The notes below the pieces were generated by a model, which was given only the letters and a program-made list of their open reading frames with translations, ran no database searches and was not told where the DNA came from. The position numbers and the translations under genes were made by a program. This document shows positions 9,300 through 20,015 of a stretch of 64,000 bases of DNA, piece after piece. The stretch spans positions 51,921 to 115,920 of the forward strand of contig CAUUVS010000002.1 in NCBI GenBank assembly GCA_963548935.1, written 5' to 3'. The DNA comes from an uncultured Bacteroidales bacterium (GTDB taxonomy: Bacteria > Bacteroidota > Bacteroidia > Bacteroidales > UBA932). The first letter of the stretch is position 1. Every line of letters begins with the position of its first letter.

Positions 9300-11144
9300 A
9301 TGGAAGAAAACAAGAATCTTGCAGAGACTAAGGTTGTAGAAGAGCCTGTAGCTACTGCTGAAAAAGAGACCAAGAGTGCACCGCTGAATGCTTCTGTCGC
9401 TCCTGAAGAATTTGATTGGGATGCTTTTGAAAATGAAGCTTCGGTTTATGGTCACGAAGACAAGGCAAAAATTAAAGAAGCTTATGACAAGACACTTTCA
9501 AAAGTCGTGGAAAACGATGTTGTTGAAGGTACGGTGACCGCTATTTCCAAAAGAGAGGTTATCGTGAATATCGGTTATAAGAGCGAAGGTGTTATTATGG
9601 CACCGGAATTCCGCTACAATCAGGATTTGAAAGTAGGGGATAAGGTAGAAGTTTATGTAGAGTCAGCAGAAGACAAGAAGGGGCAGCTGATTCTTTCACA
9701 CAAAAAAGCACGCCAGCTTCGTTCTTGGGATATGGTTAATGCCGCTTATGATAATGGTGAAGTTGTTAAGGGCTTTGTCAAGACTCGTACGAAGGGCGGT
9801 ATGATTGTGGATGTATTCGGAATCGAAGCATTCCTCCCGGGTTCTCAGATAGACATCAAGCCTATTAGGGATTATGATGCATTTGTAGAGCAGACAATGG
9901 ATTTCAAGATTGTAAAAATCAATCAGGAATTCCGCAACGTAGTTGTTTCTCATAAGGCTCTTCTTGAGGCTGAACTTGAGAAACTCAAAGGTGAAATTAT
10001 CAGTAAACTTGAAAAAGGTCAGGTTCTTGAAGGAACTGTTAAAAATATTACCAATTATGGTGTATTTGTTGATCTTGGAGGAGTCGATGGTCTTATTCAT
10101 ATTACTGACCTTTCTTGGGGACGTATCAACAACCCGGAGGAAGTTGTCAAACTTGATGAAAAGATTAAAGTCGTTGTTCTTGACTTTAATGAGCAGCAGA
10201 AGAGAATTGCTCTGGGTCTGAAGCAGCTTTCCGCTCATCCTTGGGATGGTCTTGATCCTGAACTGAAAGCAGGTGACAAGGTCAAAGGCAAGGTTGTTCT
10301 CATTGCAGATTATGGTGCATTTGTTGAAATCATGCCTGGCGTTGAGGGACTTATCCACGTTTCAGAAATGTCTTGGTCTCCAAGACTTCGTATTGCTCAG
10401 GATTTCCTTAAAGTCGGTGATGAGGTTGAGGCACAGGTACTTTCTCTTGACAGAGAAGGCAGGAAGATGTCTCTCGGTCTGAAACAGCTTGTTCCTAATC
10501 CTTGGGACAATATTCGTGAGAAATATCCTGTTGGTTCTCAGCACTCTGCCGTTGTTCGTAATATTACCAATTTCGGTGTGTTTGCAGAACTTGAGGACGG
10601 TATCGAAGGTCTTGTTCATATCAGTGACCTTTCTTGGGATAAGATAAAGCATCCTTCAGAGATGGTTCAACCTGGTGATAAGATTGAAGTCATGATTCTT
10701 GACTTTGATGAGACCAATCATAAACTCAGTCTTGGGCACAAGCAGCTTACACAGAATCCTTGGGATGAGCTTGAGGCAAAATATCCTGTGGGTTCAGTAG
10801 TGGAAGGTACAATTGCAAGCATTACTGACAAGGGTGCCACTGTTACTCTTGAAGATGGTACAGAGGCTTTCTGCTTCTCAAGGGAACTTGTCAAGGAAGA
10901 TGGTAAATCAGCTGTTTTGGGAGAAAAACTTGAGTTCAAAGTTATTGAGCTAAGAAGGAGCACAAGAAGGATATTACTTTCTCATACAAAGACTTATGCT
11001 GAGGAAAAAGAGGCTAAGGCTGTGGTTGAGGCAGACAATACCAAGAAGGCTGTCAAGAAACTTAACTCAAATCTTGAGAAGACCACATTGGGAGATATTT
11101 CAGAACTTGCGGCTCTCAAAGATAAACTTGAGAAAGGTGAATAA
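9300..11144 (+). CDS. rpsA: 30S ribosomal protein S1
   Basis: Six S1 repeats (e.g. YGVFVDLGGVDGLIHITDLSW); Bacteroidetes-type FDWD N-terminus. Confidence 0.98.
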   Translation: MEENKNLAETKVVEEPVATAEKETKSAPLNASVAPEEFDWDAFENEASVYGHEDKAKIKEAYDKTLSKVVENDVVEGTVTAISKREVIVNIGYKSEGVIMAPEFRYNQDLKVGDKVEVYVESAEDKKGQLILSHKKARQLRSWDMVNAAYDNGEVVKGFVKTRTKGGMIVDVFGIEAFLPGSQIDIKPIRDYDAFVEQTMDFKIVKINQEFRNVVVSHKALLEAELEKLKGEIISKLEKGQVLEGTVKNITNYGVFVDLGGVDGLIHITDLSWGRINNPEEVVKLDEKIKVVVLDFNEQQKRIALGLKQLSAHPWDGLDPELKAGDKVKGKVVLIADYGAFVEIMPGVEGLIHVSEMSWSPRLRIAQDFLKVGDEVEAQVLSLDREGRKMSLGLKQLVPNPWDNIREKYPVGSQHSAVVRNITNFGVFAELEDGIEGLVHISDLSWDKIKHPSEMVQPGDKIEVMILDFDETNHKLSLGHKQLTQNPWDELEAKYPVGSVVEGTIASITDKGATVTLEDGTEAFCFSRELVKEDGKSAVLGEKLEFKVIELRRSTRRILLSHTKTYAEEKEAKAVVEADNTKKAVKKLNSNLEKTTLGDISELAALKDKLEKGE

Positions 11145-11149
11145 TCTAT

Positions 11150-12088
11150 ATGGATTTTAAACTTAGGGTACTGGGCACAGCTTCGGCCATGCCCATATCC
11201 GGAAAATTTCAGAGCGCCCAAGTATTGAATGTACATGGGCGCTTGTTTTTGATAGACTGCGGTGACGGAATCCAGATGCAGATGGTACATTATAGGATAC
11301 CTATGATGAAAATAGACTCTGTGTTTATTTCGCATATTCATGGAGATCACGTTTTTGGCATTTTCGGTTTTTTGTCCACTCTTGGAATGAAAGGCAGGAC
11401 TGCGCCTTTGAATGTATATGCTCCGTCAAATTTTGGCCCTATACTTAAGTTTTTTCTTTCATATTATGGCGAAGGTTTTTCTTATGAAATAAGATTCAAT
11501 CCGATTTCGACCCGAATGCCTGAGGTGATATATTATACCAAAAGTGTTGAGGTTCTGGCATTTCCTCTTAATCACAAAATAAATACTTTCGGCTATATGT
11601 TCAGAGAGAAAAGGCCTCAGTATAATGTGATAAAGGAAGCTATTAGTAAATATGGACTTACTATTGAGGAAATAGGAGTTTTGAAGAGGGGAGAAGATGT
11701 TCGGAGGAATAGCGGTACCGTAATTAGATTAGCGGAGGCTGCATATCTTCCATATTGTCCGAGAAGCTATGCTTATGTTAGCGATACGGCGCCATTTGAA
11801 GAACTTGCCGGTTGGATACATGGCGTAAGCCTTCTCTATCATGAAACTACTTACTTGAAAGAACTTTCAGACCAAGCTGCGGCCAGACACCATTCGACAA
11901 CTGTTGATGCCGCTTCTTGTGCATTGAAGGCAGGTGTCGGCAGGTTGATAATCGGCCATTATTCTTCAAGGTGCAAGGATATCGTGGCCTATGAAAAAGA
12001 GTGCCGGGAGATTTTTCCTGAAACTTATGCACTGACGGAAGGTGATGAATATGAGATTCCGTTGAAAATGGATAATTCTCGTCAATAA
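11150..12088 (+). CDS. rnz: Ribonuclease Z
   Basis: LGTASAMP, DCGDG, SHIHGDH, SDT, HETT, HST and GHYSSR motifs. Confidence 0.93.
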   Translation: MDFKLRVLGTASAMPISGKFQSAQVLNVHGRLFLIDCGDGIQMQMVHYRIPMMKIDSVFISHIHGDHVFGIFGFLSTLGMKGRTAPLNVYAPSNFGPILKFFLSYYGEGFSYEIRFNPISTRMPEVIYYTKSVEVLAFPLNHKINTFGYMFREKRPQYNVIKEAISKYGLTIEEIGVLKRGEDVRRNSGTVIRLAEAAYLPYCPRSYAYVSDTAPFEELAGWIHGVSLLYHETTYLKELSDQAAARHHSTTVDAASCALKAGVGRLIIGHYSSRCKDIVAYEKECREIFPETYALTEGDEYEIPLKMDNSRQ

Positions 12089-12149
12089 TTATTAAATTGG
12101 CATTTTATTGGAAATTGTATCTTGTATGATAAAAATTAGAAGATCATAT

Positions 12150-13256
12150 ATGAGGTTAATAGCGATTTTAATTATCGCTTTTATGTCTATATCAGCCGTA
12201 GGCGACACTCCGCAGGAAAAATATATTGAGAAATTCGGTGCTATTGCAGTAAGTGAAATGTACAGAACCGGAGTTCCTGCGAGTATCACTCTTGCTCAAG
12301 GACTTCTTGAATCACGTTACGGACTTTCTGTAGTGGCAATAGAGGGTAAGAACCACTTTGGAATAAAATGTCATAATTGGAAGGGAAAGAAGATGTATTA
12401 TGACGATGATAGGAAAGGTGAGTGTTTCAGGGTATATAGAAATGATGAGGAATCCTATAGAGATCATTCTGATTTTTTGCGTTATCAAGACAGGTATAAA
12501 TTTCTTTTTGAAAATGAGACGACAGACTATAAAGCTTGGGCTTATGGCCTGAGAAAGGCCGGCTATGCCACAGATCCTGCATATCCGCACAAGTTGATTA
12601 ATCTTATTGAGACATATAAGCTTTATGATTACGATAGGATGACCGTGAAGCAGGCTGCCGGTATGGATAAGATGTCACGGAATGTTGATAGTAACAGGGC
12701 TGTAAAAAAGAACAAAGGCTATTTGAAAGATAAGCATCAGGCGAAAATCAAAAAGCGTAAGGTTCGTAAAGAAGAGGAAACAATGCAAAAAGAAGCTGCA
12801 ATTCCTCCTACTCCAAGAGAACTTGAAGAGCCTAAGCAATATTCTGCAATTGAAGCTAAAGAGACTTTCCATTTCTCATTGTCTCGTGAAATGTATTCTC
12901 AGAATGGAGTGCCATTTATTTATTCTGTTGAAGGAGAAACTGTTTCATCTATAGCAGAGGCTAATGATCTTTTTGTCCGTGAGATCTTGAAATTCAATGA
13001 TATGCCTATGAATAAGAACCTTGTTCCGGGAACTATTGTATATCTGAGGCCTAAGAAGAAAATGGCTGCAAAGGGTATTGAAAAATATATAATAGACCAT
13101 GATGGAGAAGATCTTTGGGAGGTATCGCAACGTTTTGGAGTAAGGCTTGATGCGATATATTCGATGAATGGTCTTCCGGCAGATTATACAGCCAAAGAAG
13201 GTGATACTATTCTATTGAGAGCGAAGAGGAAAGGGGGTTGTAAGTACAAAAAATAG
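12150..13256 (+). CDS. GH73 glucosaminidase-domain peptidoglycan hydrolase with LysM domains
   Basis: PASITLAQGLLES, NHFGIKCH and GYATDPAY motifs; two C-terminal LysM-like repeats; signal peptide from MRLIAIL. Confidence 0.9.
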   Translation: MRLIAILIIAFMSISAVGDTPQEKYIEKFGAIAVSEMYRTGVPASITLAQGLLESRYGLSVVAIEGKNHFGIKCHNWKGKKMYYDDDRKGECFRVYRNDEESYRDHSDFLRYQDRYKFLFENETTDYKAWAYGLRKAGYATDPAYPHKLINLIETYKLYDYDRMTVKQAAGMDKMSRNVDSNRAVKKNKGYLKDKHQAKIKKRKVRKEEETMQKEAAIPPTPRELEEPKQYSAIEAKETFHFSLSREMYSQNGVPFIYSVEGETVSSIAEANDLFVREILKFNDMPMNKNLVPGTIVYLRPKKKMAAKGIEKYIIDHDGEDLWEVSQRFGVRLDAIYSMNGLPADYTAKEGDTILLRAKRKGGCKYKK

Positions 13257-13260
13257 AGTC

Positions 13261-14277
13261 ATGAAAAAAAAGTACGTATTTTTCATTGTTCTTTCTCTTA
13301 CCGTTATTGTGATTTTCCTGTTTTTAGGCGGACCTGAATATTATGACAAGAAGATTCCGAATTTCAAGGGAGAGATAGAACTGTATATTTATCCGGATAC
13401 TTCTCCTGAAGAAGTTCGAGAGATGATATTATCTTCCGGTAAAGTAAAGTGCAAGAGGAGTCTTGCAAGAGTTTTCAAAGATGTTTATTCTATTTGTCCC
13501 GGACATTATGTTATTTCTGTAAATGCTCCAAGTATCTATGTGCGTCGAATGCTTGCAAAAGGGTGGCAATCTCCTGTTAATCTCGTGCTTAGCGGAACAT
13601 TGCGACTTCAAAGCGCAATAGCTTCTAAAATAAGCAGTCAAATGATGATGGATTCTATTGATGTTATTAAGGCAATAAGAGATTCGTCGCTTTTGGCATC
13701 GTATGGGTTTTCCAAAGAGGATGTATTTGCTCTTTTCATTCCTGATACATATCAGGTTTATTGGACAGATTCTATGAAGAAAGTTCTTGATAAGCAGAAA
13801 AAAGCATACGATGAATTTTGGACAGAAGAGAATAAAAAGAAGGCCGAGGATTTGGGATTGAATCAGATTCAGGTTTCTATTTTGGCATCGATTGTTAATG
13901 GTGAATCAAATTATATACCTGAATATCCTTCCATTGCCGGTGTTTATCTCAATCGTTACAAAAAAGGGATGAAACTTCAAGCTGATCCCACGGTGGCATA
14001 TTGTTTTGATTATACATTGAGCCGTATTTATAAGGTACATACCAAAGTGGATTCTCCTTATAATACATATTTATACAAGGGGCTGCCTCCTGCACCTATT
14101 TGTGTACCGACCAAAGAGAGTCTTGAGGCAGTGCTTAATCCTGATAAGCATGGATATATATTTTTTTGCGCCAGTCCTGATTTTGACGGTACGCATTTGT
14201 TTGCAACTACTTATTCAGAACATAGGAAGAATGCCAAGGCTTTTCAAAGAGCTCTTGATGCTCGAATGTCGCAGTAG
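13261..14277 (+). CDS. mltG: Endolytic transglycosylase MltG
   Basis: N-terminal TM; LASIVNGE, LQADPTV and SPYNTY..KGLPP.PI motifs. Confidence 0.93.
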   Translation: MKKKYVFFIVLSLTVIVIFLFLGGPEYYDKKIPNFKGEIELYIYPDTSPEEVREMILSSGKVKCKRSLARVFKDVYSICPGHYVISVNAPSIYVRRMLAKGWQSPVNLVLSGTLRLQSAIASKISSQMMMDSIDVIKAIRDSSLLASYGFSKEDVFALFIPDTYQVYWTDSMKKVLDKQKKAYDEFWTEENKKKAEDLGLNQIQVSILASIVNGESNYIPEYPSIAGVYLNRYKKGMKLQADPTVAYCFDYTLSRIYKVHTKVDSPYNTYLYKGLPPAPICVPTKESLEAVLNPDKHGYIFFCASPDFDGTHLFATTYSEHRKNAKAFQRALDARMSQ

Positions 14278-14281
14278 AAAA

Positions 14282-16414
14282 TTATTTTCTATTGATTTTG
14301 ATTACATGCTTCAGAAGTTTTATCTGAGACACTACTTTGTCTAATTCCATATTTGAAGGTACTGATACATTCATTGAAATATCGTAAGTTCCTGACCGTT
14401 GGTTTTCAGTGACATTGAATGAACGCAGAGATGCTTTGAAAGTGTTGATTATATCCATAATTTGGTTTATTATAGATGGCTCCATAGCAGCAACAACGCG
14501 TAAGGATGCCTGAAAAGTTCCGGTTCCGGGATTGTCCGCCCACCTTACCTTCTGGATACGGTATGGGTACATTTCTAATAGTCTTGCAGCATTTGGGCAG
14601 GATATCCTGTGGATTTTTATTCCGGAATCACGAGTTACAAATCCAAATACATCATCACCGAAAACAGGGTTGCAGCATTTGGCCATTTTATAGTCAAGTC
14701 CCTTGAGGTTTTTGGCATTTATTACCAGAATATCGTCTCCGGATGATAGGGAACTCCAAGTTCTTTTGACTGTATCTTCATGTTTTGTTTCTTCGGACTG
14801 GCCTTTTTCGTATTCGAGTATGGAGTTCTTTACAATATTGACATCAAGATTTCCCTCGCCTATATCTGCATAAAATGAATTTACACTGGAATAGTGCAAT
14901 TTTTTCATCATCTCAGCGATAAGTTCATCCGGTAGTTCAAGTTTCCAGTTCTTGAGTCTTCGGCCTAAAAGTTCTTTTCCTTCCGCAGCTTTTTTATATT
15001 CAGATTCATGTAGAACTTGGCGTATCTTGTTTCTTGCTTTGGATGAAGCAACGAAGTTAATCCAGTCGGGTGAGGGCTTCTGGTTCTTGCCGCTCATGAT
15101 TTCGACAACATCGCCGGTTTTTAGTTTTTCTTTAATAGATACTGCTTTTCCGTTTATTTTACCTCCTAAACATTTTATTCCAAGGTTGGTATGTATGTTA
15201 AAAGCGAAATCCAGCACTGTGGCGCCTTTTGTAAGTATCCTCAATTCCCCAGATGGAGTGAATACAAAGATTTCCTTATCAGGTGGTTGAGGCAGTTCCT
15301 CTATGTCAGGGGCTTGTGGGTTTTCAAGTATCATCCGTGCGGACTTAAGCCATTTGTCCATTGTGGCTTCATGGCCGATACCTTTATATGCCCAGTGGGC
15401 TGCATGTCCGTTTTCTGCCATATCGTCCATTCTTACGGTTCGTATCTGTACCTCAAGATAGGCGTTGTGTTTATTTTTTACAGTGATATGCAAGGATTCA
15501 TATCCATTAGGCTTTGGATTTGTCACCCAATCTCTTAAGCGTGAAGTATCCGGTTCATATTCTTGTGTTACATAAGAATAGACTTTCCAGCACAGGTCCT
15601 GCTCGGTTTTTCTGTCACTATCGCAGTCGATAATGAATCTGATTGCAAAAACATCATAAACTCCCTCGAAAGGCACTTTTTGTGCCATCATTTTTCTATA
15701 TATGGAATAGGCCGTTTTTGTCCGGATTTTAAGTTTGTAGGATATTCCGGCATCTGATAAAGTCTTTTTGAGAGGTTCTATAAATTCTTCAGACAATCTT
15801 ATTCTATCCTTTTCAGTAGCTGTAAGTTTGTTTGTGATCAGGCGATATTGTTCTGGCTCGGCGAAGCGAAAATATATATCTTCCATTTCGCTTTTTATAT
15901 TATATAGTCCAAGTTGGTGAGCAAGAGGTATATACAGCATCAGAGTCTCTAAAATCTTCCTTTCTTTTGAAAGCTTTGGAAACATCTCAAGATGTCGCAT
16001 AACCTCAAGCCTGTCCGCAATCTTAAGAACAGTAACTCTCGGATCTGCAGAATACTGGACAATAAGTTTCTTGTAGTTTTCGGCTTCTAATCGTGTATCT
16101 TTCGGCTTGATTGTGGCTATCTTGTTAAGACCATCCACCATTCTTATTACTTCTGCCGGAAATTCGGAAGCCTTAATGTCGGCGTCAGGATGTTTTCTTA
16201 GTGTTTCATGCAAAAACACAGCTGCTATACATTCTGCCTGAAGCCCTATCTCATCGGCGGCAATCAGGGCAATGTTCATAGGGTGTTCGATAAAAGGTTT
16301 TCCGTTATCCCTTAAATCCCCTGAAAGCACTTGGTCGGCAATACGATATGCCTTGCCAACAAGAGCTTTCCCTGCTTTGTCATAATGCGTGAATTTAGCT
16401 TCAAAACCTTCCAT
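14282..16414 (-). CDS. relA: Long RelA/SpoT homologue, (p)ppGpp synthetase with degenerate HD domain, TGS and ACT domains
   Basis: RTKTAYSIYRKM, PKPNGYESLH, EVQIRT, AAHWAYK; TGS LDFAFNIHT; CCNPVFGD and HRISCPN. Confidence 0.9.
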   Translation of the reverse strand: MEGFEAKFTHYDKAGKALVGKAYRIADQVLSGDLRDNGKPFIEHPMNIALIAADEIGLQAECIAAVFLHETLRKHPDADIKASEFPAEVIRMVDGLNKIATIKPKDTRLEAENYKKLIVQYSADPRVTVLKIADRLEVMRHLEMFPKLSKERKILETLMLYIPLAHQLGLYNIKSEMEDIYFRFAEPEQYRLITNKLTATEKDRIRLSEEFIEPLKKTLSDAGISYKLKIRTKTAYSIYRKMMAQKVPFEGVYDVFAIRFIIDCDSDRKTEQDLCWKVYSYVTQEYEPDTSRLRDWVTNPKPNGYESLHITVKNKHNAYLEVQIRTVRMDDMAENGHAAHWAYKGIGHEATMDKWLKSARMILENPQAPDIEELPQPPDKEIFVFTPSGELRILTKGATVLDFAFNIHTNLGIKCLGGKINGKAVSIKEKLKTGDVVEIMSGKNQKPSPDWINFVASSKARNKIRQVLHESEYKKAAEGKELLGRRLKNWKLELPDELIAEMMKKLHYSSVNSFYADIGEGNLDVNIVKNSILEYEKGQSEETKHEDTVKRTWSSLSSGDDILVINAKNLKGLDYKMAKCCNPVFGDDVFGFVTRDSGIKIHRISCPNAARLLEMYPYRIQKVRWADNPGTGTFQASLRVVAAMEPSIINQIMDIINTFKASLRSFNVTENQRSGTYDISMNVSVPSNMELDKVVSQIKLLKHVIKINRK

Positions 16415-16420
16415 AGCTAA

Positions 16421-18562
16421 TTAGTTTTCTTTCCAAACTTTCAAATATTCTTGCAGCGCCCACATCTCATCTCTGTATTTTGATGCGGCCGAAAAATCTA
16501 ATTCTGCGGCAGCCTTCTGCATTTTGCGTCTGGACTCATCTGCACTTTTTATAATCTGTTCTTTTGACATTGCTCTTATTACAGGATCCTGAAGAACTGC
16601 TGCCAAGTCTGCCTTGATATATCCATCAATATAGGCGGAATTTGTATCTCTTCTATAATCGTGCCCAAATCCAACGGAGACTCTGCCTTTTCCTAATTCC
16701 GAAGGACTCGGTATATAGGTAGGAGCATCATAAGAATTTGCAGCGCTTACCTTTCCGCTGTCTTTTCCCAATTCTGTTATCAAAGTGTTGTGCCGAACCT
16801 GTACCTGCGTAGGAGTGATTTTATGGAGTTTGTTGTATTCCATCTGTTTTGTACGCCTTCTGTCTGTCTCATAAATTGTTTCCTGCATTGATTTTGTTAT
16901 CGTGTCGGCATACATTATCACCTTGCCGTTGACATTTCTGGCGGCACGACCGGCTGTCTGTGTAAGAGCTCTTCCTGAACGCAGAAAACCTTCCTTATCT
17001 GCATCAAGAATAGCCACTAAAGATACGGTAGGTATATCCAAACCTTCTCTAAGTAGATTAACGCCGATAAGCACATCGAACAGGCCGTTTTTGAAATCTT
17101 CTATTATTTCTACTCTTTCTGTAGTGTCAATGTCGGAATGTATATATCTGCACCTTACACCCATTCTTTCAAGATATGAATCGAGTTCTTCCGCCATTCT
17201 TTTGGTAAGAGTGGTTACAAGTACTCTTTCTTCGATTTCGGATCTTTTTCTGATCTCTTCAAGAAGATTGTCGATCTGGTTTTTTGTAGGTCTTACTTCA
17301 ATAGGAGGATCCAATAGTCCTGTAGGTCTGACGACCTGTTCGACAACAAGACCTCCGGATTTGTCAAGCTCGTAGTCTGCAGGAGTTGCGCTGACATAGA
17401 CGGTTTGTCCGCTCAGACTTTCGAATTCGTCAAATGTGAGAGGTCTGTTGTCAGCCGCAGCAGGGAGCCTGAATCCATATTCTATAAGTACGGATTTTCT
17501 TGAGTGGTCTCCTCCGTACATGGCCCTTATCTGAGGTATTGTCACGTGGCTTTCATCAATAAAAGTGATATAGTCTTTAGGGAAATAGTCCAAGAGGCAG
17601 AATGGTCTCTGTCCCGGTTCCCTTCCGTCAAGGTATCTTGAATAATTTTCTATTCCCGGACAATATCCCATTTCTTTTATCATTTCAAGGTCGTATTCTA
17701 CACGCTGCTTTAGCCTTTTGGCTTCAAGTGTTTTTCCTGCCTGTTCAAAATATTCCATTTGTTTGACAAGATCGTCTTGAATCAGGCTGACGGCCTTTAC
17801 ACTCCTTTCTTTAGTTGTAACAAAATTATTAGCCGGATAAATAGGTACTTCGTCAAGATTTTCCAGAACAGCACCTGTTACAGGCTCTATTAGGAATATA
17901 TTCTCAATCTCATCTCCGAAGAATTCAATTCTTACAGCTTCGTCCGAACCTCCTAAAAAAACATCTACGGTATCGCCCCTTACTCTGAAAGTTCCTCTTT
18001 TGAAATCGACTTCTGTCCTGCTGTAAAGAGCATCTACTAGATGATATAAGAGTCTTGTAAGATTTCTGCGTTCTCCTTTTTTAATCATAACCGTCTGCGA
18101 ATGAAAATCTTCAGGATTACCGATACCATACAGACAGGAAACGCTTGAAATGACGATCACATCTCTACGGCCTGCCATAAGAGCAGAAGCTGCACTGAGC
18201 CTGAGCTTGTCAATCTGTTCGTTGATGCTCAAATCTTTTTCTATATATGTATCTGTGACAGGCAGGTAGGCCTCCGGCTGATAATAATCATAGTAGGACA
18301 CGAAATATTCTACCGAATTTTCAGGAAAAAATGCTTTAAATTCCCCATATAGCTGTGCCGCAAGTGTCTTGTTGTGGCTTAATATTAGCGCCGGTCGTTG
18401 AAGTTTTTCTATAACATTCGCCATTGTGAATGTTTTTCCGGAACCTGTTACACCCAAAAGTGTTATGGCATTGATTCCTTCATCAAGAGACCGGCAAATC
18501 TCTTTTATGGCTGTTGGCTGGTCCCCGGCCGGTTTATATGCAGATTCGAGTTTAAATTTCAT
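16421..18562 (-). CDS. uvrB: Excinuclease ABC subunit B
   Basis: [39 protein letters not shown] and C-terminal UVR motif. Confidence 0.98.
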   Translation of the reverse strand: MKFKLESAYKPAGDQPTAIKEICRSLDEGINAITLLGVTGSGKTFTMANVIEKLQRPALILSHNKTLAAQLYGEFKAFFPENSVEYFVSYYDYYQPEAYLPVTDTYIEKDLSINEQIDKLRLSAASALMAGRRDVIVISSVSCLYGIGNPEDFHSQTVMIKKGERRNLTRLLYHLVDALYSRTEVDFKRGTFRVRGDTVDVFLGGSDEAVRIEFFGDEIENIFLIEPVTGAVLENLDEVPIYPANNFVTTKERSVKAVSLIQDDLVKQMEYFEQAGKTLEAKRLKQRVEYDLEMIKEMGYCPGIENYSRYLDGREPGQRPFCLLDYFPKDYITFIDESHVTIPQIRAMYGGDHSRKSVLIEYGFRLPAAADNRPLTFDEFESLSGQTVYVSATPADYELDKSGGLVVEQVVRPTGLLDPPIEVRPTKNQIDNLLEEIRKRSEIEERVLVTTLTKRMAEELDSYLERMGVRCRYIHSDIDTTERVEIIEDFKNGLFDVLIGVNLLREGLDIPTVSLVAILDADKEGFLRSGRALTQTAGRAARNVNGKVIMYADTITKSMQETIYETDRRRTKQMEYNKLHKITPTQVQVRHNTLITELGKDSGKVSAANSYDAPTYIPSPSELGKGRVSVGFGHDYRRDTNSAYIDGYIKADLAAVLQDPVIRAMSKEQIIKSADESRRKMQKAAAELDFSAASKYRDEMWALQEYLKVWKEN

Positions 18563-18669
18563 TCAAATAATATATATATACAAATATACCCAGAAAAATA
18601 TAATTATTTATGACTTGTAAAAAAAATCAAAAAAAACATGCTGATTATTTGTTTATAAATAATTATTGC

Positions 18670-18677
18670 TACCTTTG
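18670..18677 (+). promoter_or_regulatory. Bacteroidetes -7 element (TACCTTTG) for the OmpA-family gene; divergent uvrB element at 18581-18588 (-)
   Basis: TAnnTTTG consensus on each strand of the divergent intergenic region. Confidence 0.55.
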
Positions 18678-18751
18678 CTGTATATTATGGTCAGATTTAT
18701 TTTGATTTAAATATTAAAAAAAGAGTATTGTTAATTAATTATTCTATAAAA

Positions 18752-19918
18752 ATGAAAGGAATCAAAACAATTTTTGGGATTCTTGCGATAGCAAGTCTCT
18801 TTACTTTCTCTGCTAATGCACAGGAGAATGGCAACCGTGATGAAAACGGTAAAGTAGTAAAAGGCTCTTATGCAACTAACCGTGGCCGTGATAACTGGTT
18901 CATTGGTATTGGTGCAGGTGTCAATAGCTTTAATACAAAGGGCGCTAGCTCTAATTTTCCCGGCGGAATTGCTGCTGAAGCTTTCTTAGGTAAATGGTTT
19001 ACTCCATCAGTAGGTGCTAGATTGGGCTACAGAGGTATAAATAACTCTTTTGACAAGAAATATTTAGAGGCATCAGCTCCTGCAGAGGCTTACAAATGGA
19101 ATCAGCACTTTGTGCATGGTGATTTGATGTGGAATATTTCCAATGCTATCAGCGGATATAAGGAAACACGTTTCTGGGACATTATTCCTTATGCTGAACT
19201 TGGTGTTATGTTGAATCAGCCGGCTAAGCAGAATGACTTGGAGTTTGCTTCAGGCTTCGGTATCTTGAATGATTTCCGTCTTGGAAAGCACGTTGATCTT
19301 TATATTGATCTTTCTTGTGCTGTTGCTAGAAATGCTGCATTTTTTGATAAATCTAACTTTAAGTTCGCTTTCCTTCCTACAGCTACAGCAGGTCTTATAT
19401 TTAATCTTGGCAGGTCTAACTTTGATCGTGTATCTTCACTTATGCCGGTTATTGTACCTGTTCCTTTCACAACAGATCAGTACAATGCTCTTAAGAACAG
19501 AGTAGCTGAACTTGAAAAAGAGAACGCAGCGCTTAAGAATGAAATAGAGGCTCTGAAGAATCAGGTTCCTGATACAGTATATGTTGGTGCTGAGAACAAT
19601 GTTGTTGCTTCTCCTGCTACACTTTACTTTGACTGTGGTTCAGCTAAGCTTTCAGAGCGTGAACTTGCTCACCTTGACTTCTTCATCGACAATGTTCTCT
19701 CTAAGACAGATAATCCTTACACAGTTACCGGTTCAGCTGACAAGGCTACAGGTTCTGCAAAACGCAATATGCAGCTTTCACAGCAGCGTGCAGACTTTGT
19801 TAAGAATTATCTCGTGAAGAAGGGTATTGATGCTGCCAGACTTACTGTTAAGGCAGAGGGTGATACCAACCAGAGATTTGCTAAGAATGTGCTTAACAGG
19901 GTTGTAGTTATTGAGTAA
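18752..19918 (+). CDS. OmpA-family outer membrane protein
   Basis: Signal peptide (ANA-Q), beta-barrel (NWFIG, GKWFTPSVGAR), coiled coil, OmpA-like domain (GSADKATGS..RN.QLSQQRA, NRVVVIE). Confidence 0.92.
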   Translation: MKGIKTIFGILAIASLFTFSANAQENGNRDENGKVVKGSYATNRGRDNWFIGIGAGVNSFNTKGASSNFPGGIAAEAFLGKWFTPSVGARLGYRGINNSFDKKYLEASAPAEAYKWNQHFVHGDLMWNISNAISGYKETRFWDIIPYAELGVMLNQPAKQNDLEFASGFGILNDFRLGKHVDLYIDLSCAVARNAAFFDKSNFKFAFLPTATAGLIFNLGRSNFDRVSSLMPVIVPVPFTTDQYNALKNRVAELEKENAALKNEIEALKNQVPDTVYVGAENNVVASPATLYFDCGSAKLSERELAHLDFFIDNVLSKTDNPYTVTGSADKATGSAKRNMQLSQQRADFVKNYLVKKGIDAARLTVKAEGDTNQRFAKNVLNRVVVIE

Positions 19919-19935
19919 TCATTGAAAAATACTTT

Positions 19936-19970
19936 AAAATAAGCCAACTTTTTAGTTGGCTTATTTTTTT
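19936..19970. terminator. Bidirectional intrinsic terminator
   Basis: Perfect 14-bp inverted repeat aaaataagccaact/agttggcttatttt between convergent genes. Confidence 0.85.
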
Positions 19971-20015
19971 GTCTCTCTTGAAGTACTGATTGTTCTCGAT
20001 ACTTGTCGTTCTATT

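Noticed and set aside
9696..10358. 220-aa antisense ORF inside rpsA, and the many other short overlapping ORFs in the track
   Set aside because: Shadow frames of strongly biased coding genes with no recognisable motifs.
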